A stretch of DNA of 63,943 bases, counting the filler, from Reclinomonas americana ATCC 50394 (taxonomy: Eukaryota), in NCBI GenBank assembly GCA_048213135.1. It is 15 parts of 13 records of this genome, joined end to end, with 100 filler letters (N's around TTAATTAATTAA, not from the genome) between each part and the next. Parts side by side here need not be neighbours in the genome. Positions count along the whole stretch, not along the records: positions 35,361 to 38,203 come from PS015996.1; positions 38,304 to 45,627 come from PS015997.1; positions 45,728 to 58,977 come from PS015998.1; 12 more parts are not named here. One strand, 5' to 3'. The notes under the pieces were generated by a model. It saw only the letters and a list, made by a program, of their open reading frames with translations. It did not search any database and was not told where the DNA came from. Positions 35,361 through 50,300 of this stretch are shown here, piece by piece. Position 1 is the first letter of the stretch. Every line of letters begins with the position of its first letter. Position numbers and translations under genes: made by a program.

Positions 35361-37888
35361 CCGCAGAGCGTGGCCGGTGCCTCGAGCACGGCTGGCACTC
35401 TGTCGGTCTCCTGGTTGCCGCCGGCTTCGTCGGGCGTCAAGGGCTCTGAGACGCTCTTCTACACTGTGCAGTACCGCCGCACCAACGGTAGCCGCTGGTT
35501 CCCGGACGCACCGGTCGAGAAGGTCGCGCTGGCATACTCTGACACTGGCCTTGTGCCGGGTGCGCAGTACGACGTCCGCGTCCGTGCTCGTAACTCAATT
35601 GGCATTGGACCATGGTCGGATGTGTCGACGGTGACAATCTTTGCCACCGCGCCGCTGCCTCCGCTCGGTCTGTCGGTCCTGCAGCCGCCAGTCACTCTGA
35701 GCTGGTCGCCGCCGAGTGCCACTGCTGTCGCGGTGTCCAACTTCGCGGTGCTCCTGTCCTGGAACGGTGGCGCTGGCACTATGACGCTCACCACGTCGGC
35801 TTCGACCACGTCGGTTGCGCTGACCGATCAGCAGGCGGCTCGTCTCCCGACCAACAGCGACATTACGTTCTCGGTGCAGTCGCAGGCCACGAGCGGCGCT
35901 CTGAGCGCTGCCAGCAGCATCTTCACCTTCCGCTATGGTGGCACCAACTCGCCGTCGTCGTCGTCCACCACCAACGTGTCGCTCGGCGACCCCAACGCCA
36001 GCTCTGGTCTCAACGATCAGCCGGTCAAGGCTCCGACGATTACGCTGGCCGACAACACCGGCAACGCCACTGGCCAGCTGGAAATCACCTTCAACGCCGG
36101 CACTCTCGGCACTGGCGGCACCGTGTCGGTGGCGTCCGGCTCGCCCGACCTGAACAACATGCCGAAGCTGGCTGACAACACGTACACAGCGCCGCTGGGT
36201 GGCTTCACCCTGTCGACGAACTCGTCGAACAATGGCACTCGGTCGCAGACCGTTGCGCTCGCCACCGTGCACCGCGCTCTGAAGCAGACTGTGCGCGCGA
36301 GCTTGTCGTTTGATGTGCCGGCCACGGCCAAGTTCACGATTCGTTCGTCGTCGTCGTCGTCGTCGGGCACCACTTCGTCTTCGTCGTCGTCATCGTCGTC
36401 GTCCTCGTCGTCGTCTTCATCGTCGTCTGGTGCGGCATCGGGTGCCAGCACGGCGGGTTCAACCTCGTCTGGCTCCTCGTCGTCGTCTGGCTCGTCGTCA
36501 TCGAGCAGCGGCACCACCACTGGTACCACCACCGGCACCACCACTGGCACCACCACTGGCACCACCACTGGCAGCAGCAGCAGCAGCACCGCGACTGGCG
36601 GCCGCGCGGCAGTTGCCACCAACGCCGCCATCTTTGTCAAGCAGGCTGACGGCACGTGGGTGCGCCCCGAGACCATTTGCAGCGGCACACAGACCTACGA
36701 TCCCACCTCGAACGTCATTGTGGCCCCGATCTGCGGCACTGGGTGAGTCTCTTTGTTTTTTCCATCACTGTTCCCTGCCTTGTGCTCACCGACTCCCCAT
36801 CGCAGTCAATACGCCGCTTTCCGCGTCTCGGACACGCAAGTGTCGTCGTCGACGACGGGCACCTCGAGTGTGCCTCTGTGGGCCATTATCGGCCCGATTA
36901 TCGGCACTGTCGCGGTCGGCGTCATTGCGCTGATTGTGTGGTGCATTTGCCGTCGCCGTCGCCAGCAGCGTCGCGATCCGGAGAAGGTGGCGCTCAGCCC
37001 GCGCTCGCAGCTGCAGATCCAGACTGGTCAGGCCAGCAGCAACGGCACGTTTGTCGCTCCGGCCAACCTGCCGTCGCCAGCCTTCCACAAGGGTGTGGAG
37101 GACTCGCCGGCGTCGGCTCGGTCGCAGCAGCAGCCGCCACTGTCGGCCCGCGGCACGCCGCGCTCGGCTCGTGTGACGCCAATGGCTCCGCCGCCGCTGC
37201 CTTCGTCGCCGCCCGACACTGCTCGCTTGTCGGCACGCGCTCAGGCGCACTTGGGCCTCGCCCCGGGTGCCGGCCTGCCGCCCAAGCACGGCAACCACCA
37301 GGCACACCGCCACGATATGCGCGATGCCGACGACGACGATGACACCATGTCGGGCTCGGATTCGCACCCGCGTCAGGTCGGCCACACCGACATTGAGCTG
37401 CACACGGTGCCGTCGCACTCGGCGACGCACTCGCAGGCCTCGGATGAGCCATTCTTTGGCAACCAGAGCGGTCGCACCACGCCGTCACACGACGAGCTGC
37501 CACCGCGCGCCGGTCGCCGCCAGCAGTCACGGCAGCAGCAGCAATCACGGCAGCAGCAACAGGAGCAGCAGTACCAGGCTGCCGCTGCTCGTGCCGCCGC
37601 TAATGCTGATGACTTCTCGGAAGCCACCGACGATCCATCACCACGCGAGGACGGCAACCACGTCGAGCTGTACGAGTACACTGGTGAGTGTTTGTGTGTG
37701 TGTGTGTCTCTCTCTCTTTGCCATGTGTGGCTAATTCATCCCTTTGTCGCTGTGCAGGTTTGACGGCACGAACGTTGCCCGATGACGACGGTGCCTACCA
37801 ATCGGCTCGTCAACCGAGCTCGCGACGCGCTCCAGTGTTGCTCGAGGAGGACACTCCCCGTGCCAGCGTGACTCTCAAGTTCGAATAA
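35361..37888 (+). CDS. C-terminal part of a single-pass surface protein: FN3 x2, Ser/Thr-rich tract, TM helix, disordered cytoplasmic tail
   Basis: LSVSWLPP..GLVPGAQYDVRVRARNSIGIGPWS, then TM WAIIGPIIGTVAVGVIALIVWCIC followed by RRRRQQRR. It ends ..SVTLKFE*. Confidence 0.85.
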
Positions 37889-38343
37889 GAGCCTCGCACC
37901 TCCCCTTTGGTGTCTGGTCGACCGCCATGTTTTGTGTGTGTACTTGAAAGTGTGTGCATGTGTATATGCGTTTTGTGCGCGAGCCGACCAGAGCGAGAGG
38001 AAAGTGTGTGACTAGAAAGAGAGGGTGTAGGATTCGTGAGGGTGTTTTTTTCTCTGATTTCCGTGTTCCTGTGATTGCAACTTACAACTTCATAAACATT
38101 GATGATTCTTCTTACAAGGCACCGAAGAACACTATCGAGCCGTCGGAGAGACCAACGACAAGAACGCGCTCGTCGGGCGATAGGGTGATTGAGGTCACGT
38201 GTGNNNNNNNNNNNNNNNNNNNNNNNNNNNNNNNNNNNNNNNNNNNNTTAATTAATTAANNNNNNNNNNNNNNNNNNNNNNNNNNNNNNNNNNNNNNNNN
38301 NNNAGCAGAGGAGGAGATGAAGGAAAATTTTGTTGACACCGAC

Positions 38344-41300
38344 CTTCACATCTTGAGTGCCGTTCATGACATTGTGCCAGGTTGTGGCCACCGAGTCGAA
38401 CAAACGATCGGGTCGATCAAACGTACCACCTGCATGGTTTGTTTCAGTCCACTAGCACCATCATCATCACCGCCACCACCGTGGAACACTGACCCTGCAG
38501 CGTAATGGCGTACGTCGTGTACGGCTCGACGCGAATCAAGTAGTATAGCACAATGCCGGGGTTGGAGTAGTGACTACCGTACAGAAACTTCGGGCCCATG
38601 TGGATCGGACTGGAAGCGAGAAGAGAGAAAGAGAGCGAGTGCGTGCGATCAGTCTCGGTTGAACAAACGGTGCACACAAGTGATGTCACACGGAACTTGA
38701 AGTGATCACCCGGTTCCTCGGCCATGGCACAGCTCTCCAACTCTGCCGCCTGCTCGCGCAGCTTCCGCAACCGCTCGGGATTCAGCGCTCCAATCGGCTT
38801 GGTGAGGTCTCGGTACACNNNNNNNNNNNNNNNNNNNNNNNNNNNNNNNNNNNNNNNNNNNNNNNNNNNNNNNNNNNNNNNNNNNNNNNNNNNNNNNNNN
38901 NNNNNNNNNNNNNNNNNNNNNNNNNNNNNNNNNNNNNNNNNNNNNNNNNNNNNNNNNNNNNNNNNNNNNNNNNNNNNNNNNNNNNNNNNNNNNNNNNNNN
39001 NNNNNNNNNNNNNNNNNNNNNNNNNNNNNNNNNNNNNNNNNNNNNNNNNNNNNNNNNNNNNNNNNNNNNNNNNNNNNNNNNNNNNNNNNNNNNNNNNNNN
39101 NNNNNNNNNNNNNNNNNNNNNNNNNNNNNNNNNNNNNNNNNNNNNNNNNNNNNNNNNNNNNNNNNNNNNNNNNNNNNNNNNNNNNNNNNNNNNNNNNNNN
39201 NNNNNNNNNNNNNNNNNNNNNNNNNNNNNNNNNNNNNNNNNNNNNNNNNNNNNNNNNNNNNNNNNNNNNNNNNNNNNNNNNNNNNNNNNNNNNNNNNNNN
39301 NNNNNNNNNNNNNNNNNNNNNNNNNNNNNNNNNNNNNNNNNNNNNNNNNNNNNNNNNNNGGAACGGTCCTCGAGATTGATCGACTCGGAGGTGAAATCAC
39401 ACAAAACTGTGGCCACCAGTCAGCTTCCTAGGAGAAGGAGGGAGGGGGAGGAGGAGGGAAAGAGGGATTACGCAACTCCACGGGAACACGGGGTACTGAT
39501 TGAGGTCGTTGTACGTGCGGCCGGAGAACGTGTTCAAATGCATGAGGTACTCGAAGTTGGAAATCTGTCGTTTCTGCCACATTTGTGTGAGGCGGCTCTT
39601 CTTCAGCGCCTCCTCCGGCGACGCCAGTGCGCTCTCCTTTGGCATGTTGGGAGGCTGCGCGCGAACAATCGCCTTGTACACCTGCGCGTCATTAAAAGCG
39701 CGTGAGTATCATCACATGCACGCACACGCACACTCCATGTCAACGCACGTCTGTACGCTTGCTGTACGGGAAGTCGAACAAGTGGTTGCTGCGGTCGTGC
39801 AAAAAGATCTCCAGCGCGCTTCGCCGCAAGCAGTACCTCCGCAGATGAACCTGGTACGAGTGCACACAAATATGAGCGACATCAAGTCGGCCACACAACG
39901 AATCGTATCGTCCGCGAAACCGCCCGTACCTGCGCCACCAGCGCCAGTGGCCACTCGTAGTCCTTCAGTGTGGTTTCGCTCATCAGCGCGGCCGCCTCAC
40001 GATCGCACGTGAAGCTAATGCTGCGCGTCGACACGCGGAAGGTGCCAGGCACGGTGTGCAGCGGGCACACGAGCTCGCACTTGGCTTGCAAGCTGCCGAC
40101 AAAGACACAACAATGTGAGTGAAGAACGAACGCCGCACAAGGCACTCCACCCCCCCAAATCGTCTCACACGCACAGAACACGTTCTTCCGCCGGAGCGCC
40201 ACCAGCCGCACCAGCCGACGGTGAAACGGCAGCAGCAGCTGCCGCTCCACCACTGGGCGACAGCGCAGAACTTCCGTCGCCGCTCTTGGACTCTGCCGCC
40301 GACAACATGGCTCCAAGCAAGTCCGCCTCCTCCGCACGCTGCAACTCCTCCAACGTCTCCGCCATGCTCGTAGCGGCCATGGATTCACCAGCAAGGCGCG
40401 CCAACAAGTGCAAATCCGCATTTTCTGTGGACGACACACACCCGTCAGCATCATCGCCTATGAAGGAAGGAAAAATGAGACACGACGCAACGTCGTGAAA
40501 GCGGTTCCGACTGCCGCGCTACGGCCGCCGCCTCTGCATCTTCGCCATACGAGTTGTTTGCCTCCGCGTGCGTGGAGCCGCCAAAGTACCGCTTCAAGCA
40601 GCGTCGTCGGCGACTCGAGTCCTCGCGCATGGCAAGCTTCCAGAACACTGACGGCGAGAATCGATGAATACGCATGCACTTGTCAAATAAGTACGACAGC
40701 AGTCGAGACACGCAACGCTGATCTTCGGGTACCGGCTCGCCCCATGGTCCGCGCTCATTCGACGTTTCTCGCAGAATACCACGCCAGTGTCGCTGCGCGG
40801 TGCAAGAGACACACCAACATCAGCCAAAGAAGCTCGACATGCGAGAGTGAGAGAGAGAGAACTGACCGCTGCCACGCGCTCCTCCTCTCGCATGCGCATC
40901 GTGCGGTCCAGAAGGCGGGCATTTTCCGACTGCACCACATCGGCCACGTGCTGGAGACGACAAACGACAATGAGTCAACATCTTCCCCTGTGTCCTCCAC
41001 ACACTCCATGTAACACAGCAGCACTGTTGACGCAACAGCGCGTACTTCGTTGGCATACTCGGTGGCACGATAAGCGCCGTCGTCAGTTAGTCTCTGCATG
41101 CGGCCCTCCAGAATTTGCAGGTGCTCCAGACGACGTCGTGAAATCTGCGGCAGCAACGCGTCCTCTCGTGAAGCCTGCACGTTACGAGGATTGATTGTTC
41201 AGCGCCAGTGCGCGCACACACGTCGATCAACACACAACGTCGCACGAACCACATCGTCGAGAATCGTAAACAAGTGGCGATCTGCTTCCACCTCCCAGTC

Positions 41301-44300
41301 CGGCTGCTCAAACGTCTGCACAGCAGCCTCGACTGTCGGCGGCCTCTCCGACAATAGCGGTGACGTGCGTGAGAGCAGCAGAGACACGGGTGGCAGGTTC
41401 GATTGCAACACCTGCGGCCAATACACGGTTAGACGTCGTAAGGCGAAGACTGGCAGAGTGCGACACGCACCTTGAGGCGCTGCCGTGCGATGCTCCGTAG
41501 AATGTGCAGTGCGTTTCCAGCGGCCTCCGTTTCGTCCGTGGCCATGTAGACGCTGTTGGCGAAGAAAACACACACACACAAACATCAAGTGAGCGGCGCA
41601 GGATACTACACGATCGGTGCTAGCGCGTGCCAACGCAACCGGAAGGCCTTGAGAACAAAGGCGAAAATGTGGAGCACACGAAGCGCAAACTCAGTATTCT
41701 CCAACATGTCACCCAACACCATCCAGAGCTGATTGAAGCGCTCGCGCTCGCGCTCCGCTTCGATATCGCGCGACAAAATCTACCAATCGGTGCGCCAGTC
41801 AGCGGCCCACTTAGTACGCAACGCAACAACAACAGACTCACCAGCATGAGCCGTTCTCCACACGATCGGAAGAGCGTCGGATCCTCCAGGATGCAGTAGC
41901 AAATCAAACGCAGTGATATCCTGAGCGTGCCGCCAGCTTGCAGGAACTGACGAGTCGAGCGAGGGCGAGTGAGCGACCGCAGGAGCTCTTCTCTCGAGGT
42001 TGGAAGGGAAGGAATACTCACCGGACTGTCCGACTGGACGCCCTTGGCCTTCAGCAGCTGGAAATCGGTGACAGCCAGCAGTTTCCACTCGTCGAATAAT
42101 CTGAGCACCTGAGACGCGCAGCAACGTACGTGTTCAGTACACCTTCATGAGACACGTGCGCGCGGCATGTATTTTTCGCAGACCTTTTCCGCAATGGGCA
42201 GATCGAGCCATTCTCCTTCCGCATTTCTGTACATGGAGACTTTCCACAAAAATCGATCGCCATTCTGTCATTGTCGTTGCGCGAACGTCAGCCACATATA
42301 TAAAGAAGAATAGCGCAAAACAATCAATCGCGGGCAACGCACGTCTGCTGCAATTTCGGCGTCCGTGAGCACCTCAAACTCCGAGCTCGAGCGCACCGGT
42401 GGTGAGCCCTCCAGCGACTCGTCGTCCACATCATGAGCCGTCTACGCACACAACAAAAGACAAGTGAGCATTCTTGCTGATCGACAAACAGCAGCAACGA
42501 TGAAACGGGGTCAGACGAAACGCCAGTGTCGTCCAGCGGGACCCTGGTGTGGAAGATGAACTGCTCGACAAGAGTCACCATGTGCACAAAGTTGTCGAGG
42601 ATGTGCCCGTTGCGTGCGGCATCAAGATTCTTGAGCGGTGACTGTGCGTCTTCCAATTCCGCAAAGTAGGCGTCAAGGAGGCCGATAAACAACTCGCGCA
42701 AAAAGTGCACGTCATTGATGAGGTTCTGCGGCAGTCACAGTGAGGATGACTGTAGTTATGCTCCGCATCCAATCCCCCCGTACAACGCACTTCCTCGGCA
42801 AAGAGCAGGGCATGGCTGACGGTATCCTCGACGTACGTCCACCCGTCACGCACGTGCGTGAGGCAGTAGAAGAGAACACGGCGGAAAATGGTCATCACAA
42901 AGTCGTGCAGCACAGCGCCATCTCCATCTGTGTCACCACGTCAGTCAGACACGTCCTCGCATAAATGAAAAAAGTGAGACACGGCATAAACGCACTTGGC
43001 ATCGTCTCTGGCGGACAGTCGGCAGCAATTAGCGACAACAGCCATCGCTGCCAGCCAAGCTGTTGTGCCAGTGTTTCGCAGTTGCGGTCACTGTTCGCAC
43101 ACACACACACGCACGCCAATAGTGGTGAGGGGAAAATGCACAATGGTGCCACCTGCGACAACAGCGTTCTGCGAAACTTGGCAGCGAGCAGTAATCTGGT
43201 GTCTTGGGCCAACTTGACACGCAAATCGACGGCTGCGGGCAGGTGATGTCCAGTGGCCACGTCTTCGCTCGGCAACAAGCCACCATGCACCAACAGTGAG
43301 CTGGGTGCCGCCGCCGACGACGCAGCCTCGCTGGACACGACGGAGGCATCGAGCAGACGAGACGACGTTGGCGAGCCGAGCGCAAACGATGAACGCTCCA
43401 TGTGCTCTTGATTCCGCTGGTGCACGCTGTGGATGACCAAGTGGAAGAGCACTCGCAACACACCTGCGCCGAGACAATGTAAGTTCCTACGCACATGTAC
43501 GCGTGTGGGGGTGAAACCCCATGCAACCACGGCATCACGCACCGCACAAGTGGAACGTGTACTGCATGTCGCCCTCGTCCACCCGGCCAATGCGCGCCGA
43601 CACGTCCTTCAACACCACACACCACACACCCTCGTAGAGACCCTCCGTGAGCGTGTGCTGCTTCATCAGCGTCTCCAACTGCGCCGCAGGAGACACGATG
43701 AGTTTGCCGTCATCCCACACGACGCACACGTCAGCATGCACGAACCCAGGCACAACCGGCCACTGTCTCCAGTCCACATCGGCTGGACGCCGTTGGCACG
43801 AGGTTCAAGTAGAGCGCCAGTACTCGCAAGCTCAGAATGCGGACCTGGTGCACACGACCATGAGGGGGAGGAAGGGAGACAGCACAACACAACAACGACA
43901 CGGACAACCACAAACCACTTCGTTGGGCGTCTGCAGCAAGTGCAAAAGCACCTTGCCGGCATTAACGCGGTCCATGAACGCTGCACTGTCGCTCGCTGAT
44001 CACAAACCACAAACCATTCGTCAGCTCCCTTAGCCAAAAAGACCCCGACACTTTCCTCCACCGACAGCGACACTCACCAGTGGCTCCCGTCAGCAGCGAC
44101 ATGAGGAAACTGAGCAAGTCCTCCAACTGGCCAATGTCATTGCAGTGGGCCAACGTGTCGCTGTTCACACAAAAAAGAAGAAATTTTGTCAAGCGTCGAA
44201 CTGTGCAGCAAACGCACGCGCCACGCGCACATGATGACTTTGACGTCGTCTGCTCGGAATTTGCTCGTGGCCAGCTTCTGGCAGAATCCAAACAGGTAGC

Positions 44301-47300
44301 GGCGGACCTTCTTCACAAACTCAATGGACGGCCGCTCAGCGTATACCACCTGCATCGTAAGGTTAGTCCACACAATCGCAATCCAGACGGGTGAGAGAGC
44401 GAGTGACGAAACTCCGGTCGACGGGTGCTTGAGTGCCGGTGTCACAATGGAGACATGCTCCTCTTTGAAGTAGTAGAACAGGCGAAGCTTGTCTAGAATG
44501 TCGGCCAGTGATGTCATCTCCGTCAGAGTCTGCATCAGCAACGTGAGTGCACCAGGCACGCAACAGCGGCTGCGCAAGTCAGCACACGCAACTCGTCGGC
44601 ACAGAATGCCTCCTTGTGGTGATTCGCGCGACACGGCCAGCAGTGCCAGCAAGCGGGAGAGCACATGCTCTTGTGCCTCGGTGCACGTGTACACCCACAG
44701 ACGGAAGTCAAGGAACAGCGTGCGCAGTGCCTCGGCGCGCAGCGTGTCTGTGTATTAGCGGTAAGCATCTTGGCTGTGAGACGCGAGACAAACAGGTAGG
44801 TACCCGCCACCACGCACCATTGCCGACGCAGCACAACAAAAGTGCATCGAGTTGCATGGCAGTCTGCTTGGTCACGCAGCTCGGAGACATCTGATGCGGG
44901 GGAAGCGGGAGAACGTCAGCTGAAAGGCTCTCTCTCTCTCTCTCCCACCGCCAACCACCGCACCACTTCTCTCCTCACCTTTTTCAGCAGCCAACCCAAC
45001 ACTTCGAATCCGTGGCAGCGGATCATGTCGTCCTGGTTGTCGCGGTGGTTCCGAAGCTGCGTGCGCGTACAACAAGATTAACAAGCTGTCGGAACCCGCC
45101 CGGCAAGACTCACTCGCACACATACCATCTCCGTAATCAACGACAACAACGACGTGACGAGGTAGCTCGTGTCATTGGCCGCCGTCCGCCGACTCTCCAG
45201 CGGCAAGAAGAGCGGGAAGAAGATCTACCGACATGATCGAACACGGAACACACGAGTTGGCGCCGCGAAAAAGGTGATTTGGTACTGCACAGACAAACCG
45301 CACCTGAATACCACCCATGCACCCAATCACATCCTTCATGTCGTACGTGGAGCACAGATGCGTGTTGGGCATAATGTGCGCATCCACGGCACGAGTACGA
45401 CCCGAGTTCTCGTAGGCATTGTCGGCGCACATGTTGTGCTCGGTGTAGGCCTGCGCGCACCGAACACATTTTTCAGTGTGCGCGCATCAAACGACAAGAT
45501 GATGGAGACAACGCACCCGCGGATTGTACGCCATCACCAACTTGCTGGCGAGTGAGCCGTCAAAGAGTTGCACAGTAGGCGCTGACGTCGCCCAGCTCAC
45601 TCTGCGCGGCGATTGAACGTCAGAATCNNNNNNNNNNNNNNNNNNNNNNNNNNNNNNNNNNNNNNNNNNNNTTAATTAATTAANNNNNNNNNNNNNNNNN
45701 NNNNNNNNNNNNNNNNNNNNNNNNNNNGGGAGGGCAAACCATCAACAGGAGACCGCACGCAACTCATGCGGAAGGAATGTCAGCAAAAAGTTGGGACCCA
45801 GATCAAAGATGCCACTGATTTGCGCCGGCAGCAGCACGTCGTCAAACACATAAATCGAGCTCATCTGACCCCTAAAGGGCGACGGCTCGCGCGACGGTGA
45901 CGACAGCTTGGCATTGGTGCCAATGTAGCACGCATCAAGAGCCGCCGGCAACTTCGGGTACTTGATGGCCTGCTTGTCCGAATGCACACCGTCCACGTAC
46001 AAAGTGACTTCGGCTCGACGTACCCACTCTCCGAGCGCCGATCCCGGATTGTGTGTAATGGTGATGTGGTACCAGCGTTTTGGCTGCGCGCACAGTCACA
46101 CTCAGCAACACATGAAAGAGGAGAGGTGCCGCAACGCCACCACCACAACAAACCTCCAAGCGTCCGTCCTCCACCAATACCAGCGGCCTCTCGTCCTCCA
46201 CATCGCGCACTGCGACTCGNNNNNNNNNNNNNNNNNNNNNNNNNNNNNNNNNNNNNNNNNNNNNNNNNNNNNNNNNNNNNNNNNNNNNNNNNNNNNNNNN
46301 NNNNNNNNNNNNNNNNNNNNNNNNNNNNNNNNNNNNNNNNNNNNNNNNNNNNNNNNNNNNNNNNNNNNNNNNNNNNNNNNNNNNNNNNNNNNNNNNNNNN
46401 NNNNNNNNNNNNNNNNNNNNNNNNNNNNNNNNNNNNNNNNNNNNNNNNNNNNNNNNNNNNNNNNNNNNNNNNNNNNNNNNNNNNNNNNNNNNNNNNNNNN
46501 NNNNNNNNNNNNNNNNNNNNNNNNNNNNNNNNNNNNNNNNNNNNNNNNNNNNNNNNNNNNNNNNNNNNNNNNNNNNNNNNNNNNNNNNNNNNNNNNNNNN
46601 NNNNNNNNNNNNNNNNNNNNNNNNNNNNNNNNNNNNNNNNNNNNNNNNNNNNNNNNNNNNNNNNNNNNNNNNNNNNNNNNNNNNNNNNNNNNNNNNNNNN
46701 NNNNNNNNNNNNNNNNNNNNNNNCAACGAGAGCAATCGCTGCTCGTCAATAAACAACTCGATACCCTGGCCCAGCTTGTCCAGAAAACTGTACACGACGC
46801 AGTGAGCGTGGGACCGCTGCGATTTCCCTTTCCCGCCTGTCCAGTTGACTCTCTCTACCTGAAGATACGCGGACGCGGAAAGTCGCCGTGTACGTCCTCC
46901 AAACGGAGCCACAGGCACACCGTGTAGCCCTTTTTGCCCGGCCATTGCGTCACTGGCGACAACAACATCAAGCCCTGCATGTGGCGTGAGGAGAGAACGC
47001 ACGAAAAAGAACACTGTTGCACCACATGAGCCCCGCACCGAATCAAAGCCCGAAAAGTCAAAGAATGCCTGCGGACCGAGTTTCTTGGTCATTTTCTGCA
47101 CTGCCGTCAACACTCGCGGCAGCAGCGCGTCCTGCACGCACGACTGTGAGCACACGCCATTCCTCAAGAGTACGTCACCCACAGCTCACTCAAGCGCACC
47201 TGTGGATCGCGCGAGTGCCGCTTGAGGAACTGAAACAGACGCTTGAGCTCCATGACGGTGATGCTGTGGGCACCGACCAACTGCATGAGGTCGACCAGCC

Positions 47301-50300
47301 GATCGGACACGTGCGGCTCAGTCACTTGGTCCAACATGTCGAGAATGTGGCTCGTGAGGCACGCGAACGCGCACGACGACTGATTCAGCACGCTGTTGTT
47401 GACGACTGTGCAGTACAACCGACAAAAGGACCGAGTGAGCACACCAAACGCATGCGACACCTCGCCGTGCATCACACACACGCAACTCTGGTGGAACGTG
47501 TCCAGCACTTGCAGTTTCACTTCGTCGTCGGCCGACAGCACGAGCTGCAGAATGACCTGAATCACGTCCGAGTTGCGGATTGTGTAGTTCCTCTCCAGAC
47601 TGAATTCGCCGTCCACGAGCTGTGTGCGTGACGGGAGACCTGAGTGAGAGGTGCACTGACACCAGCAGCATGCCCAACACGCTCACCATGTCGAACAGTG
47701 CGTCAAACAGCGCGGACGACGGGCGCCCACGCTCAAGTGTGTGGAGCCACACGGTAAACTGGTGGTATTGCACCTTCTTCGCAAAGTGCCGCTTCGACTT
47801 GCCGAAACCGGCCATGAACGCGGTCACCATGAGCACCACCTCCACGGCCAGTGTCGTGCCGTCCACTTGCCAGCGATCCATCATCTCTCTCGACAGATCA
47901 AGCAGACGCGCAGTTGACTCGAAACCAGCCACCTGCAATCGTGCGTGTAGTGAGTATGCAACGCAGGGAACAAGCAGGGGAGAGCAATACTAAGAGGAAG
48001 CGAGATGATCATACCTCACGGAAAATGGTTTGCATCACCGAGCGCGTGCCCGAATCGGTCGCTGATCTCGTGGTCGAGTATACACGATCGCGCAGCATGT
48101 GGAACATGCGGTAGAGACGGCTGAGGTTGCCCTGCGACGGCGCCTCCGTGATGCTGCAGGCACATCTCACGGTCAGATTTTTCCTTCTCCACACACACAT
48201 GGCGCCATCGCCACACGCAACGAGAGCAGCTCGCCAACGAGTCGACCAAAGAACACTTTCAGGTGCTGTCCATTGTTCGACGACTGGCCACATCACTACC
48301 GTGTCAGCAATTAGGAAGACAACAAGGGACGACCACTCCACGCACCCGAATCTTCAGAATGCTCGCCAACAAGTCCAGCGCCATGTCAGTGACCTTGGGG
48401 TCCGCTTGCAGCAGCATCAGCACATCAACGTATTCGTACATCTCGCTCAACACGCCGCGACTCTTTTCGTGTGCGTTGCACAGATCCTGTGTGGGTCATC
48501 GCAGAGTGTGATGTCAGTCACGGAGATGATAATGTGGAGAAATGGGCGGGTGGCTGACGCAACCAGGATGGCCAGCAGAGTGTTCCGCGGCACGACTGGT
48601 GGAATGGCTGTGTCGGCTTGCGGCGAGCACAACCACTCGATCGTGGCGTTCTTGTACAAATCGGTGCTGCGCCCTCACGAAATCAGCTCGCAGAAACCAA
48701 CTCGCTGCACACACACACGAATCACACACCTCTCCAGCGTCAACTGCAGTGTCTTGATGATCAAGCAGAGTCGCTTCAACAGGCCCGATTGCACACAGCC
48801 GACAAACGTCGCGTCGAACTGACGACGCAGAATCGCCAGCAGCAGCTGTGACAGGTCCTTGAGGCCCTCAATGTCGGCACCGTGATCGTCCAGCACACGC
48901 TGTGTCAGGAATGAGGGGAATCAGACAAGCAATAACTCTCACAGACTTCGAGTGACTCGCGCAACATCGATTTGGGCAAACAGATCGTGCGGTCCCAGAT
49001 CTCGATGTGTCACTGCGTTCAGCAGGAACGTGCAGATGATACGTCGCAGCAGCGCTTGCAGCCGCGCCGTTACCGCTGTAGGGACAGCTGGGAAGTCAAC
49101 CTGTGTGCACACAAGTAATGAGTGGCAGTGAAGGAGATGTACACCAGTTCCTGCCGCCAGTCCTCACCAACGGGGCGGAACGGGACAACGCCGTGGCTGT
49201 TGAAGACGACGATACGGACGTCACGGTATCCTCATCCGCTGCCGACTCGGCCGACGGCAGCTCCGACTGCACATAAAACATGGCCGTCGACAGCAGCACC
49301 GGGAGAATGCCCATGTGCACCATCGACACGAAGCGTTGCTCGTCCATTTGGGTCATCTTGACGTAGAGGCTCAGCGCATACAGTTGCATCTCGGGAAGCT
49401 CACTGCACGGAAACAGGCGTCAGTGCAACAACGCGGGACTTCAGACCCATTTGAAACAACGCACGTCATTCTCCGGCGAGCTTGCTTGTGCGCATGCATG
49501 TCGAGGTCCTCCCGCGGATCGAACGGCACCAGCAGCGCCTCCAGCACACTGTACTTGGTCGACAGCTGTCCGACAGAGTCAAAGTGCGTGAGGGTGCGCT
49601 TGACCTTTGGCGACGGTGCAATATCGCTAAAGCTACTGCCGGCTCCATTGATGAGTGGTGACGTGGGTACTGTGGAGTCGCCATCGTTGGAGGAGGTGCC
49701 GATACTGGCACCGGTCACAGTGTCGGGATCTGCCACCGGCAAGCTGCCGTCGTGCGACGTCGCCTCGCCTTCCTCTGATTCAGCATCACCTCCCACAATG
49801 GCCGATGAGAATCCCACACGTGAACTCGTAATCATGGCCATCGCAGCAGCCATGCCGCTGCTGCTGGTCGTCGAGTGCGCTCGCATGCGCCGCTCAAACT
49901 CGAGCTGACCGGGGCTGCTCGAGATTGGAACAGAAGCGTGAGCAGTGGACGGATGAGAGCAATTCGCAGCTCCCGTCACGCACCGCAGCGACTGTCGTGG
50001 AAGTGACAGAGGCGGAGGATGCTGTGGTGTCTGAGAGGATCGCTGCTGCAGGTCGAGAGCATTTTGCGTCATGCCACCGCGGATCAGCGGATTGGAGCCC
50101 TCTGCCACGCCAGTCAGCAGCGGTCATACACCATGCGAATACACATACACACACCGGTGAATGTGGCCACTGCGGGTGCTGGTGGTACCATGTTGCGATC
50201 GAGCGACTGATACTTTCGCGAACCACTCGCTGCACCGACAATCTCGTGAGCAACAAATCTAGTAATGCGCGGCAGGGACAAGAGACACACCATTGAAGCT

